From positions 224,001 through 288,000 of the forward strand of contig CAXXVO010000014.1 in NCBI GenBank assembly GCA_963422645.2: a stretch of 64,000 nt of DNA. Reading direction: 5' to 3'. The translations under genes were made by a program, and so were the position numbers. The notes beneath the pieces are model-generated. The model did not search any database. It saw only the letters and a program-made list of their open reading frames with translations, and was not told where the DNA came from. Positions 21,365 through 29,598 of the stretch are shown here, piece after piece. The DNA is from Alphaproteobacteria bacterium. GTDB taxonomy: Bacteria; Pseudomonadota; Alphaproteobacteria; UBA828. Each line of letters begins with the position of its first letter. Positions within the stretch are counted from its first letter, which is position 1.

Positions 21365-23842
21365 CAATGGCATTCATTTGGCGCGAAGATTGTTCCGGGG
21401 GGTTTTTTTTTGGTGGTGTCGTAACGAGTTGATTTCTTGTGTGGATTGTCGGTCTCGGCGTTTCCCGCACGAGGGGGATTGACCGGCGGCGTGTGCTTTG
21501 GCACACTGTGGCTGTCCCCCTGTCAGTGGAGCCGGCCCATGGACCCCCGCATCACCGCGCTGAAGTCGACGACCTTTTTCGGCAGACGTCTGACCCGCCG
21601 GCAGATTGCCGACATCCAGGAGACGGTGGCGCTGTTTCCGGCGATCAGCCGCAACGAGCTCGGGCACACGATCTGCGAGCATTTGAACTGGCGCGCGCCG
21701 AGCGGGCGGAACCGTGTCGCGGTCTGCCTGCGGATGCTGGAGGAGTTGGAGCGGCTGGGCATCCTGACCCTGCCGGCGCGGGACGAGGCGCAGGTGCGGG
21801 GGCCGCAGGAGGCGATGGCCCGGAGCGAGCGGACGGCGCCGGCCGCGGCGATCGCGGAGGACCTGGCCGCGCTGATGCCGCTGCGCCTGTCGATTGCGGC
21901 GGGCAAGGAGGAGGGCGGGCTGTGGAACGAGTTCGTCGCGCGCCACCACTATCTCGGGCTGCATCGTCTGGTCGGCGCGCATCTGCGCTATTTTCTCCTG
22001 GACCGCCACGGGCGGCCTCTGGGCTGCCTTCTGTTTGCCCGGGCGTCGCGCGCGGTGCCCTGCCGCGACGAGTGGATCGGGTGGCCGGCGGAAGGCTTCC
22101 GCAAGCACCTCGATCTGGTCGTGGGTCACACGCGTTTCCTGATCTTTCCCTGGGTCCGGGTCGACAACCTGGCGTCGAAAGCGCTGTCGATGGCGCTGCG
22201 CCAGCTGCCCGGCGACTGGGAGGCGCGCTTCGGAGCGCGCCCGGTTCTGGTGGAGACCTTCGTGGACCCCAGCCTCTTCGACGGCGCCTGCTACCGCGCG
22301 GCCAACTGGCGCTGTCTCGGCGAGACCGGGGGCGGCAAGGGCAAGACCCGCAAAAGCGTCTACGTCTACCCGCTGACGCCGGACTTCCGCTCGATCCTGC
22401 TCGAAGGCCCGCGGCCGGCGCGGCGCGGGAACAGGACACGGCCGGCAGCGCTGGCGCCGGACGATCCCTTCGTGGCGCTGTGGCAGGACCTGATCGGCGC
22501 ACTGGCGGCGGTGGCCGCCGATCACGACCGGGTGTGGCAGAGCCGCCGGCGGGTCCTCGACACCCTTCTCGTCATGCTCTTCATCTTCCGGCTGGCGTTC
22601 TCGAACGGCCGCGCGGGCTACGCCACGACGCTGGCCGGGCTGTGGGAGCAGTGCCGGGTCCTGGGCGTCGCACTGCCGCAGCCGGCGCCGGTCTCGGCCT
22701 CGGCGATGTGCATGGCGCGGGCCAAGGTCGACGAGGCGGTGTTCAAGACGCTGCACGCCGAGATCCTCAAGCGCGCCGACGGCCCGGCCTGGAAGGGCCA
22801 CCGCGTGTTCGCGGTCGACGGCTCCAAGCTCAACCTGCCGCGGCCGCTGCTCAAGGCCGGCTACCGCACGCCCTCCGAGGCGGCCCACTACCCGCAGGGC
22901 CTGCTGAGTTGCCTCTACCGGCTGCACGCGAACATCCCGGTGGACTTCGACCTGGTCGCGCACGGCGACGAAAGAAGGGCCGCCCTCGCCCACCTCAAGG
23001 CGCTCTCGGCCAACGACATCGTGGTCTATGACCGCGGCTACTACTCTTGGGAGATGCTGCACGCCCATGTCGCCCGCGGCCTGCACCCCGTGTTCCGGAT
23101 CAAGAAGAAGGCAGGCGCCGCCCTCGACGCCTTCATCGCCGACGGCCGCACGGACGCGCCGATCACCGTCGCTCCCGGAAAGGACACCCTGAGAAAGCTG
23201 CGCCGCAAGACGCCGCACGTCGACGCCACCCCGCTGCGCCTGCGACTGGTCCGCTACCGCATCGGCAGCACGGTCTTCATCCTCGCCACCACCCTCCTCG
23301 ACCCCAAGGCCTGGAGCGTCGCGGAACTGGCCGAGCTCTATCACGCGCGCTGGGGAATCGAGGAACTCTACAAGACCTCGAAACAGGCCATGGCCGTCGA
23401 GGCCTTCCACAGCCAGACCGAGCGCGGCGTCCGCCAGGAGCTCTTCGCCCACTTCAACCTCATCGCCATGACCCGGCTCTTCACCAACCGCAGCAACGCA
23501 AGCCTCGACGCCGAGCGCCCTGCCGACGGCAAGCCGGCGATGAAAGCCAACTTCAGCAACGGCCTCGCCACCGTCGCGCGCAACCTCGAAGCGCTGCTGC
23601 TGCGCCATACGGCGATGGTCGCCGAAACCCTCAGCCATGTCCTCTCCTGCATCAACCAGGCGCGTCAGCGCCCGCACCCCGGCCGGTCCTGCGAACGCAG
23701 GTCGCGCAAACCCCGCGGCAAGTGGGCACGCGCAAAGCGGGCCGTCGCCTGAACACCTGAACGACAGAAACGCACGCAACCGACAGCGCAAGAACACGAC
23801 TCCTTAAGTGAACAGTCGAAAACCGCTAAGTGAATGCCATTG
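21365..23842 (+). mobile_element. IS4-family element, 2478 bp
   Basis: IRs CAATGGCATTCATTTGGCG and CGCTAAGTGAATGCCATTG (17/19). 10-bp TSD GGGCGCACCG at 21355-21364 and 23843-23852. Confidence 0.95.
21539..23752 (+). CDS. Fusion of DUF4338/DruA-like domain and IS4-family DDE transposase
   Basis: N-half has HHYLG, RDEWIGW, RFLIFPWV..NLAS and ETFVD...GACYRAANW..LG. C-half has AVDGS, YDRGY and a Y-2-R-3-E-6-K signature (YHARWGIEELYKTSK). Confidence 0.88.
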   Translation: MDPRITALKSTTFFGRRLTRRQIADIQETVALFPAISRNELGHTICEHLNWRAPSGRNRVAVCLRMLEELERLGILTLPARDEAQVRGPQEAMARSERTAPAAAIAEDLAALMPLRLSIAAGKEEGGLWNEFVARHHYLGLHRLVGAHLRYFLLDRHGRPLGCLLFARASRAVPCRDEWIGWPAEGFRKHLDLVVGHTRFLIFPWVRVDNLASKALSMALRQLPGDWEARFGARPVLVETFVDPSLFDGACYRAANWRCLGETGGGKGKTRKSVYVYPLTPDFRSILLEGPRPARRGNRTRPAALAPDDPFVALWQDLIGALAAVAADHDRVWQSRRRVLDTLLVMLFIFRLAFSNGRAGYATTLAGLWEQCRVLGVALPQPAPVSASAMCMARAKVDEAVFKTLHAEILKRADGPAWKGHRVFAVDGSKLNLPRPLLKAGYRTPSEAAHYPQGLLSCLYRLHANIPVDFDLVAHGDERRAALAHLKALSANDIVVYDRGYYSWEMLHAHVARGLHPVFRIKKKAGAALDAFIADGRTDAPITVAPGKDTLRKLRRKTPHVDATPLRLRLVRYRIGSTVFILATTLLDPKAWSVAELAELYHARWGIEELYKTSKQAMAVEAFHSQTERGVRQELFAHFNLIAMTRLFTNRSNASLDAERPADGKPAMKANFSNGLATVARNLEALLLRHTAMVAETLSHVLSCINQARQRPHPGRSCERRSRKPRGKWARAKRAVA

Positions 23843-23942
23843 GGGCGCACCGTGGTCGCGGTTCTCTCCGGCGGCAATGTGGATCCCGCCACCTTCCGGG
23901 CAGTTCTGAATCAGGGCGATGATCCTGCCGCTGACTAGCCGA

Positions 23943-24782
23943 ATGAAATCGCGGGACCTCTCGGGTCGGTTCGCCGTCGCGCTAGTCACGCTGCTTCTGG
24001 CTATCCCCCTCGTGCAGGGCTGCGCGGCCCTGGAACGGCTCACGGATGCGGAGACCAGCTCCCTCGACAGTGCTCCGTCCGTGGAGGAACGCGGCGCCGA
24101 CTGGCCGGTTCTGCCGCGCGAGGGCGGAGAGGACGGCTATGACGATCCCTTCGAAGGGGTGAACAGCGTCTTCTTCTACGTCAACGGCGCGTTCGACTTT
24201 CTCGTCTTCGAGCCGCTGGCGCGCTTCTACCGCGGCTTCATGCCGAGCGATGCGCGGCACGCGGTGAGCCGCGCCTTCACCAATCTGGCGGAGCCGGTCG
24301 TTGCTGCGAACCACCTGTTGCAGCTCAACGACGGGCGTGCCGTCACCAGTCTCGGCCGTTTCGCGGTCAACAGTACCGCCGGCGCGGCCGGGCTCTTCGA
24401 CGTCGCGACCGCTCTCGGCCTGGAGGCCGACGACTCCGACTTCGGGCAGACGCTGCACCACTATGGCGTGGGCTCCGGCCCTTATCTGGTGCTGCCCTTC
24501 TTCGGCCCCACGACGGCGCGCGACGCGGTGGGCTTCGGCGTCGACGGCCTGATCGATCCGCGCGGCTACCTGATCGCCCCGCTGACCCGCCTCCAGCTCA
24601 GCCTGGGCGAGGGGGTCGTGCGCCGCGAAGAGGTGATCGACCCGGTCGATTTCCTGATCGAATACGCTCTCGATCACTACGACGCGGTGCGTGCCTGGAA
24701 CTATCAGGAGCGCCAGCGCGAGCTCACCGGCGGCTGCACCGAGCCCATCTACGTGACCTGCCCCGGCTACTCGCCGGAGTAA
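23943..24782 (+). CDS. mlaA: VacJ/MlaA-family lipoprotein
   Basis: Lipobox VQGC, DPFEGVN, RFAVNST.G..GLFDVA, DFGQTL..YGVGSGPYLVLPFFGP. Confidence 0.92.
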   Translation: MKSRDLSGRFAVALVTLLLAIPLVQGCAALERLTDAETSSLDSAPSVEERGADWPVLPREGGEDGYDDPFEGVNSVFFYVNGAFDFLVFEPLARFYRGFMPSDARHAVSRAFTNLAEPVVAANHLLQLNDGRAVTSLGRFAVNSTAGAAGLFDVATALGLEADDSDFGQTLHHYGVGSGPYLVLPFFGPTTARDAVGFGVDGLIDPRGYLIAPLTRLQLSLGEGVVRREEVIDPVDFLIEYALDHYDAVRAWNYQERQRELTGGCTEPIYVTCPGYSPE

Positions 24783-24862
24783 GTTCTCCCCCGCGGCCCG
24801 CCGCTAATGCGGCGCGCCCGCGCAGGCGCCGGCCGCGGGCCGGCTGCCGTGAGCGAAAAGAT

Positions 24863-25558
24863 CTACAAAGGCCCGTCGCCGCCCGGATAGCAGAACGAGA
24901 CTCGCGGACCGTAGAAGCCGAAGGTGACTTCCAGCGGCGACGCCGGGCGCAGCGCGTTGCACGAGTGGTCCGGCGCCGGGAACTCCAGCGAGAGCAACTC
25001 GAAGTCGTCCGAAATCTCGCCAACGTAGGCGTAGTTGCCGCTCAGCAGCCGGCCGTCGACGGCGGTGATGTAGCGAAGATGGCCGCGCGCCGTTTCCGCG
25101 AGCCCGGAGCCGACGCGCGCCGTGCTGCGAATGATCGCCTGCTCGCCCGCGTAGGTGGTCGCCGTCACCCGGTCGCCGTCGAGATCGAGCGTCGTGCGGC
25201 CCGGCACCGCCGGCACGCCGCGCTTCGCGGCATAGTCGCGCATCACCGGGTTCGAGTTCAGGTAATGGGTCCACCAGCGGCCGGGCGTGCCGTCCTCGAG
25301 GTCGAGGCCGGCGAGATCGAGTCCCGCGTAGGTGAGCGAATAGGCGCCGAAGTGCGAGGTCTGATCGTCGCGATCCACGACGTACTGGTTGATGAAGATC
25401 GCCTGATTCTCGGCCGGCTCCAGGCCCTCCGGCAGCAGCGCGGCCGCCGCCGCCGGGTCTTCGGGCACCCAGCAGAAATAGAGCATGCGGCTGTTGACGA
25501 TCAGCTGCGGTGCGAGCGGTAGTGCCACGTCCCGATCCTCCTGGTCTTCAGGCCGCAA
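24863..25558 (-). CDS. Acetoacetate-decarboxylase-like protein (start uncertain)
   Basis: AAALLPEGLEP N-terminal motif and coding-like codon usage; co-oriented after the aminotransferase. Confidence 0.55.
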   Translation of the reverse strand: MRPEDQEDRDVALPLAPQLIVNSRMLYFCWVPEDPAAAAALLPEGLEPAENQAIFINQYVVDRDDQTSHFGAYSLTYAGLDLAGLDLEDGTPGRWWTHYLNSNPVMRDYAAKRGVPAVPGRTTLDLDGDRVTATTYAGEQAIIRSTARVGSGLAETARGHLRYITAVDGRLLSGNYAYVGEISDDFELLSLEFPAPDHSCNALRPASPLEVTFGFYGPRVSFCYPGGDGPL

Positions 25559-25597
25559 CCGCGGCCATCGTCTCTCCGCCGCGCGCCGGCCCCCGGC

Positions 25598-27001
25598 TCA
25601 GCCCGTCCACAGGTTCTCGCGGACCAAGTCGTTCTGGGTCGCGATGATGCTCTCCCGCAGGGTGTCGACGAGCGTGTCGATCTGCTCGCGGGTCAGCGTG
25701 AGCGGCGGCGAGAGCACGTTCATGTGGCCGAGCGGGCGCACCAGCAGGCCCCGGCTCTGGCAGTGGCGCGTGATGCGCGCGCCGATCTTGGCGTCCGCCT
25801 CGAAGACCTCCTTGGTCTCCTTGTTCTTCACCGCCTCGACGCACATCATGAACTTCTTGCCCCGCACGTCGCCGATGAGCGGCAGCGTCAGCAGCTCGTT
25901 CAGCCGCTCCTCGAAGTAGGGGCCGACCTCGCGCACGTGCCCGCACAGGTCCTCGCGCTCCATGATCTCGATGTTCTTGACGCCGGCGGCGCAGGAGACC
26001 GGGTGCCCGGCGTAGGTGAAGCCGTGGGTAAAGAGCGCGCCGTCGGACTGAGGCACGCTGATCACCTCGTAGATCGCGTCCGAGAAGAGCGTCGCCGAAT
26101 GGGGCACGTAGCCCGAGGTGAGCCCCTTGGCCGAGGTGATCACGTCCGGCGTGAAGCCGAACACGGGCTCGGAGGCGAAGAAGTGCCCGAGGCGCCCGAA
26201 GCCGGTCACCACCTCGTCCGAGATGTAGAGCACCTCGTACTTCTCGCACACGGCCTTGGTGCGGGCATGGTAGCCGGGCGGGGGCACGATCACCCCGCCG
26301 CCGCCCATGATCGGCTCGGCGATGAAGCAGGCGACGTTCTCGGGTCCGAGCTCAAGGATCTTGTTCTCGAGGTCGGCCACCTTCTCGTCGCAGAACTCCT
26401 CGACGCTCATGCCGTCCGGCCGGCGATAGGTGTGCGGGGCCGGGATGTGGTGCACGAGGTCGGGCGCGAGGTCGAAGCCGTCATGGTCGAACTTCACGCC
26501 GGTCATGGTCATCGCGAGGTAGGTCGAGCCGTGATAGGCGTCGACACGCGAGATGATCTTCTTCTTGTTCGGCTTGCCCAGGCGGTTGAAATAGAAGTGA
26601 ATCACACGGATGGCGGTGTCGTTCGCCATCGACCCGCCGGTGCCGTAGAACACGTGGTTGATGGAGGCCGGCGTGATCTCGGCGAGCTTCGCCGCCAGCT
26701 CCGCCGCCGGCGGCGTGCTCAGATGCGTGAAGGTCGAGTAGTAGGGGATGCGGCGCACCTGATCGGCAATGGCCTGGGCCATCTCTTCGCGGCCGTAGCC
26801 GATATTGACGCACCAGAGCCCGCCGATGCCGTCCATGTAGCGCTCGCCCTTGGCGTTATAGACATAGACCCCCTCGGCCTCCGCCATGATCTCGGAGCCT
26901 TCCTCCTTGAAGGTCGCGAAATCGGTCCAGGGATGGATGTTGTGGTCCTTGTCCTTCTGCCAAAGGTCGTCGTAGTCGTACTGCTGAAAGTTCCCCTTCA
27001 T
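25598..27001 (-). CDS. Class III (omega-amino acid/polyamine) aminotransferase
   Basis: DGIGGLWCVNIGYGR, YHGST, FIAEPIMG.GG, SDEVVTGFGRLG, SAKGLTSGY. Confidence 0.93.
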   Translation of the reverse strand: MKGNFQQYDYDDLWQKDKDHNIHPWTDFATFKEEGSEIMAEAEGVYVYNAKGERYMDGIGGLWCVNIGYGREEMAQAIADQVRRIPYYSTFTHLSTPPAAELAAKLAEITPASINHVFYGTGGSMANDTAIRVIHFYFNRLGKPNKKKIISRVDAYHGSTYLAMTMTGVKFDHDGFDLAPDLVHHIPAPHTYRRPDGMSVEEFCDEKVADLENKILELGPENVACFIAEPIMGGGGVIVPPPGYHARTKAVCEKYEVLYISDEVVTGFGRLGHFFASEPVFGFTPDVITSAKGLTSGYVPHSATLFSDAIYEVISVPQSDGALFTHGFTYAGHPVSCAAGVKNIEIMEREDLCGHVREVGPYFEERLNELLTLPLIGDVRGKKFMMCVEAVKNKETKEVFEADAKIGARITRHCQSRGLLVRPLGHMNVLSPPLTLTREQIDTLVDTLRESIIATQNDLVRENLWTG

Positions 27002-27177
27002 CGCACTCTCCTCTCGCGCCGCGCGGCTTCCGGCATCCGTGGGCCAGAGCCTATCGCGGCGCGGGCGCGACGGCTAGCGGAAGCACGACGGATTTCGCTG
27101 CCCTCCGTGGCCCCTGCCGGGGCCATCCGGCATACTGCCGCCCTCACAGGGCAAGGGGGCCGGGGAGGCCGCAAGAG

Positions 27178-27801
27178 ATGCTGGTGGTGTGGGGGCGCAA
27201 GAACTCGATCAACGTGCAGAAGGTGATGTGGACCGTGGCCGAGCTGGGTCTGGCCCACGAGCGGAAGGACGTGGGCGGCCCCTTCGGCGGGCTCGACACA
27301 GCCGACTACGGCGCGCTCAACCCCAACCGGCGCATCCCGACCATCGTGGACGAGGACGGCACCACCGTCTGGGAATCGCACAGTTGCGTGCGCTACCTCG
27401 CCGCCCGCTATGGCGCAGGCCAGCTCTGGCCCGAGGACCCCTCGGCCCGCGCGCTCGCCGACCTCTGGCTCGACTGGATGCAGACCACGCTCCTGCCGGG
27501 CCTCGCGCCGGTCTTCCTCGGCCTCATCCGCACGCCGGCCGAAGAGCGCAACACGGCGCGGATCGAGCGCTGCATCCGCGCCATGGGCGAGACCTGGCGC
27601 ATTCTCGATGCCCACATGGAGGGGCGCAGCTTCGTCGCTGCGGACTCGCTCACCATGGGCGACATCGCGGCCGGCGCCGCCTGCTACCGCTACCACGCGC
27701 TGGATATCGAGCGCCCCGCGCTACCCAACATCGCACTCTGGTACGAGCGGCTGCAGGAGCGCGCACACTTCCGCACCCACGTGATGATCCCGCTGAGCTA
27801 G
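27178..27801 (+). CDS. Glutathione S-transferase family protein (GstB-like)
   Basis: WGRKNSINVQKV, LNPNRRIPT, WESHSCVRYLA. Confidence 0.93.
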   Translation: MLVVWGRKNSINVQKVMWTVAELGLAHERKDVGGPFGGLDTADYGALNPNRRIPTIVDEDGTTVWESHSCVRYLAARYGAGQLWPEDPSARALADLWLDWMQTTLLPGLAPVFLGLIRTPAEERNTARIERCIRAMGETWRILDAHMEGRSFVAADSLTMGDIAAGAACYRYHALDIERPALPNIALWYERLQERAHFRTHVMIPLS

Positions 27802-27890
27802 GCCCGCCTCGCCACGCTTGCAGCCTGCGCCGCGTCCCTCGCGACGCGAGCGAAGGATTGATGTTTTTTGCGGAATTTGGCGGCTTATTC

Positions 27891-27970
27891 CGGCTCAAAG
27901 TGGTCCAAGGTGGCTCAAGGTGGCTCAAGGTGGGCGGCTCAAAGCGGCTCATCATGGTTCAAGGTGGCGC
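27891..27970 (+). repeat. Degenerate 10-bp tandem repeat (consensus YGGCTCAAGG), about 7 units
   Basis: cggctcaaag tggtccaagg tggctcaagg tggctcaagg (tggg) cggctcaaag cggctcatca tggttcaagg; an extra unit at 28006-28015. Confidence 0.85.
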
Positions 27971-28354
27971 ATTCTGGGTCGCGCACGCCCGAAGCGTCGT
28001 GCGCGCGGCTCAAGGGGTTCCGCGCGCGAAAGCAGGATCCTGCATGCCCACCTGTCTTGCTTGATATGGCCCGCTCGCTTTCGCACCGCATGGTGCGACC
28101 CTGACGCAGGAAGCGCGCGGCGTGCACCGCACCATGGTCCGGGTCCCGCGTGCGGCACAGGGTCACGCGCGCTCCCGGCGCGACGGAGGCCGCGACTGCG
28201 CTGAGAAATGCGGCGGGTAACTCTCGATTGCGGACACGACACGCCCTCCCTTCTGCTATCGAAGTTCTCGGAACCCGCGGCAAGTAAACCAATTGACGCA
28301 CGCACTCCGGGAATTCGCGTCCGAGCTTCGCAATTAGAGAGCGGGGATCGGCAA

Positions 28355-28576
28355 GAGGCGTTGCGGGGCGATCGTCAGGGCTCGTACAGCATTCGGATCA
28401 ACGAGATCGTTAGCGGCCGCCGCGGCATCACGGCCGAGACCGCATTGCGGCTGGCGCGCTATTTCAACACCGATGCCCGGAGCTGGATGAACCTTCAGGA
28501 TCGCTACGAGCTGGAAATCGCCGAGCGCGACAAGTCCGACGCCTTGCGCGCAATCCGCCCGCGCGACGTGGCGTAA
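28355..28576 (+). pseudogene. higB-higA chimeric remnant
   Basis: EALRGDRQGSYSIRIN (HigB-like) runs in frame into EIVSGRRGITAETALRLARYFNTDARSWMNLQ (HigA C-half). Confidence 0.8.
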
Positions 28577-28607
28577 GCAGGAATATCGGGCTCCTTTCCG
28601 AGCCCCC

Positions 28608-29072
28608 TTACGCCTCGGCCCAGCCCTCCTTGTGGGCGCAGAAGGTCTTCACGTCGAAGACCGTGTGGGCGAAGAGCCACTGGCCGTCGCGCTTTACCAG
28701 CCGGTCATCGTAGCTCGCGAAGATCCAGCGCGCCTCGTCCTTGCCCTCGTCGTTCAGCGCCGTGCAGGGCATGAGCAGCCACCACTGGCCACGCGCGGTG
28801 TCGCCGTCCACGTCGATGATCTCGTTCAGCGCCAGATGGGCGGCGAAGCTGATCTGCTTGCCGACCCCGCGCACCATGTTGCCGAAGGCCTCCGCGCCCT
28901 CCTGCCGGCCGAAGGCCTCGCCGCCGTCCCAGACCGCATCCGGGGTCATCAGCGTCATGATGCCCTCGGCGTCGTAGCCCGCGTCCGCATAGGCCATGTA
29001 GCGGTGCTTGAGGCGGCGGATCGCCTCGATGTCCTCGAGCCGCTGGATGCGCTCTTCCAGAGTTGCGCTCAT
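28608..29072 (-). CDS. NTF2/SnoaL-like protein
   Basis: LEERIQRLEDIEAIRRLKHRY..YAD, H..LNEIIDVDGDTARGQW, YDD..VKRDGQW. Confidence 0.88.
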   Translation of the reverse strand: MSATLEERIQRLEDIEAIRRLKHRYMAYADAGYDAEGIMTLMTPDAVWDGGEAFGRQEGAEAFGNMVRGVGKQISFAAHLALNEIIDVDGDTARGQWWLLMPCTALNDEGKDEARWIFASYDDRLVKRDGQWLFAHTVFDVKTFCAHKEGWAEA

Positions 29073-29074
29073 GC

Positions 29075-29545
29075 TCAGGCCTCCACCCAGCCGTCCTTGT
29101 GCGGCTTTATGAAATGGATGTCCACGGCCAGGCTCTCGAACAACCAGGTGCCGTCGCGCCGCACGTAGCGGTCGTCGTACTCGCCGAGGAGCCAGACCGC
29201 CGTCTTCACGCCCTCCATCACGATGGTCGCCGGCATGATGATCCACCACCGCCCGCGCGCGCTGTCGCTATCCAGGTCCACGTCGAGCCGCTCGTTCATC
29301 ACCAGATGGCCGGCGAAGACGATCTGCGACGAAACCCGCGTGAAGTGGGCGTGGATCGCCTCGCGGCCCTCGTAGCGGCCGAAGTCGTCGCCGCCGTCCC
29401 AGATTCCCTCCTCGACGAACTGCGCGGCGATGCCGTCGGCGTCGTAGCCGTCGTCGCAATAGGCGCAGTACTGGTGCTTCAGCCGCTTGATCGCCTCGAC
29501 CGATTCGAGTGTCTCGACGCGGCGTTCCAAGTCGCTCACCGCCAT
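29075..29545 (-). CDS. NTF2/SnoaL-like protein, tandem paralog
   Basis: LERRVETLESVEAIKRLKHQYCAYCD, GHLVMNE, YDDRYVRRDGTW. Confidence 0.88.
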   Translation of the reverse strand: MAVSDLERRVETLESVEAIKRLKHQYCAYCDDGYDADGIAAQFVEEGIWDGGDDFGRYEGREAIHAHFTRVSSQIVFAGHLVMNERLDVDLDSDSARGRWWIIMPATIVMEGVKTAVWLLGEYDDRYVRRDGTWLFESLAVDIHFIKPHKDGWVEA

Positions 29546-29598
29546 AGCGTTCTCCCTTCCTTTGCGTACCGGCTCCAGGCGCAGTCGAGCGCCGCCCG

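Larger units (their letters stand above)
20410..23938 (+). pseudogene. PLP-dependent serine/threonine dehydratase interrupted by IS (20410-21364 and 23853-23938)
   Basis: GSFKFRGA, SSGNHAQ, GGGGL, VVEPGGA. The C-terminus GRTVVAVLSGGNVD resumes after the IS. Confidence 0.93.

Noticed and set aside
21397-21411. G6-T9 tract as a phase-variation switch
   Set aside because: It lies in the non-coding left end of the IS4 element; it may be terminator-like but no regulated ORF can be tied to it.
21539-22420. Complete Druantia anti-phage system
   Set aside because: Only a DruA-like domain inside an IS is present; there is no DruE helicase or other dru gene in the window.
21374-23797. Long antisense or alternate-frame ORFs (also 2459-4273, 25724-27226, 35302-37224, 51739-53544, 58589-60163)
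   Set aside because: These are shadow ORFs expected from high GC3 codon bias opposite well-supported genes, with no recognisable motifs.
27891-28015. CRISPR array
   Set aside because: Units are 10 bp and contiguous, with no unique spacers and no cas genes.
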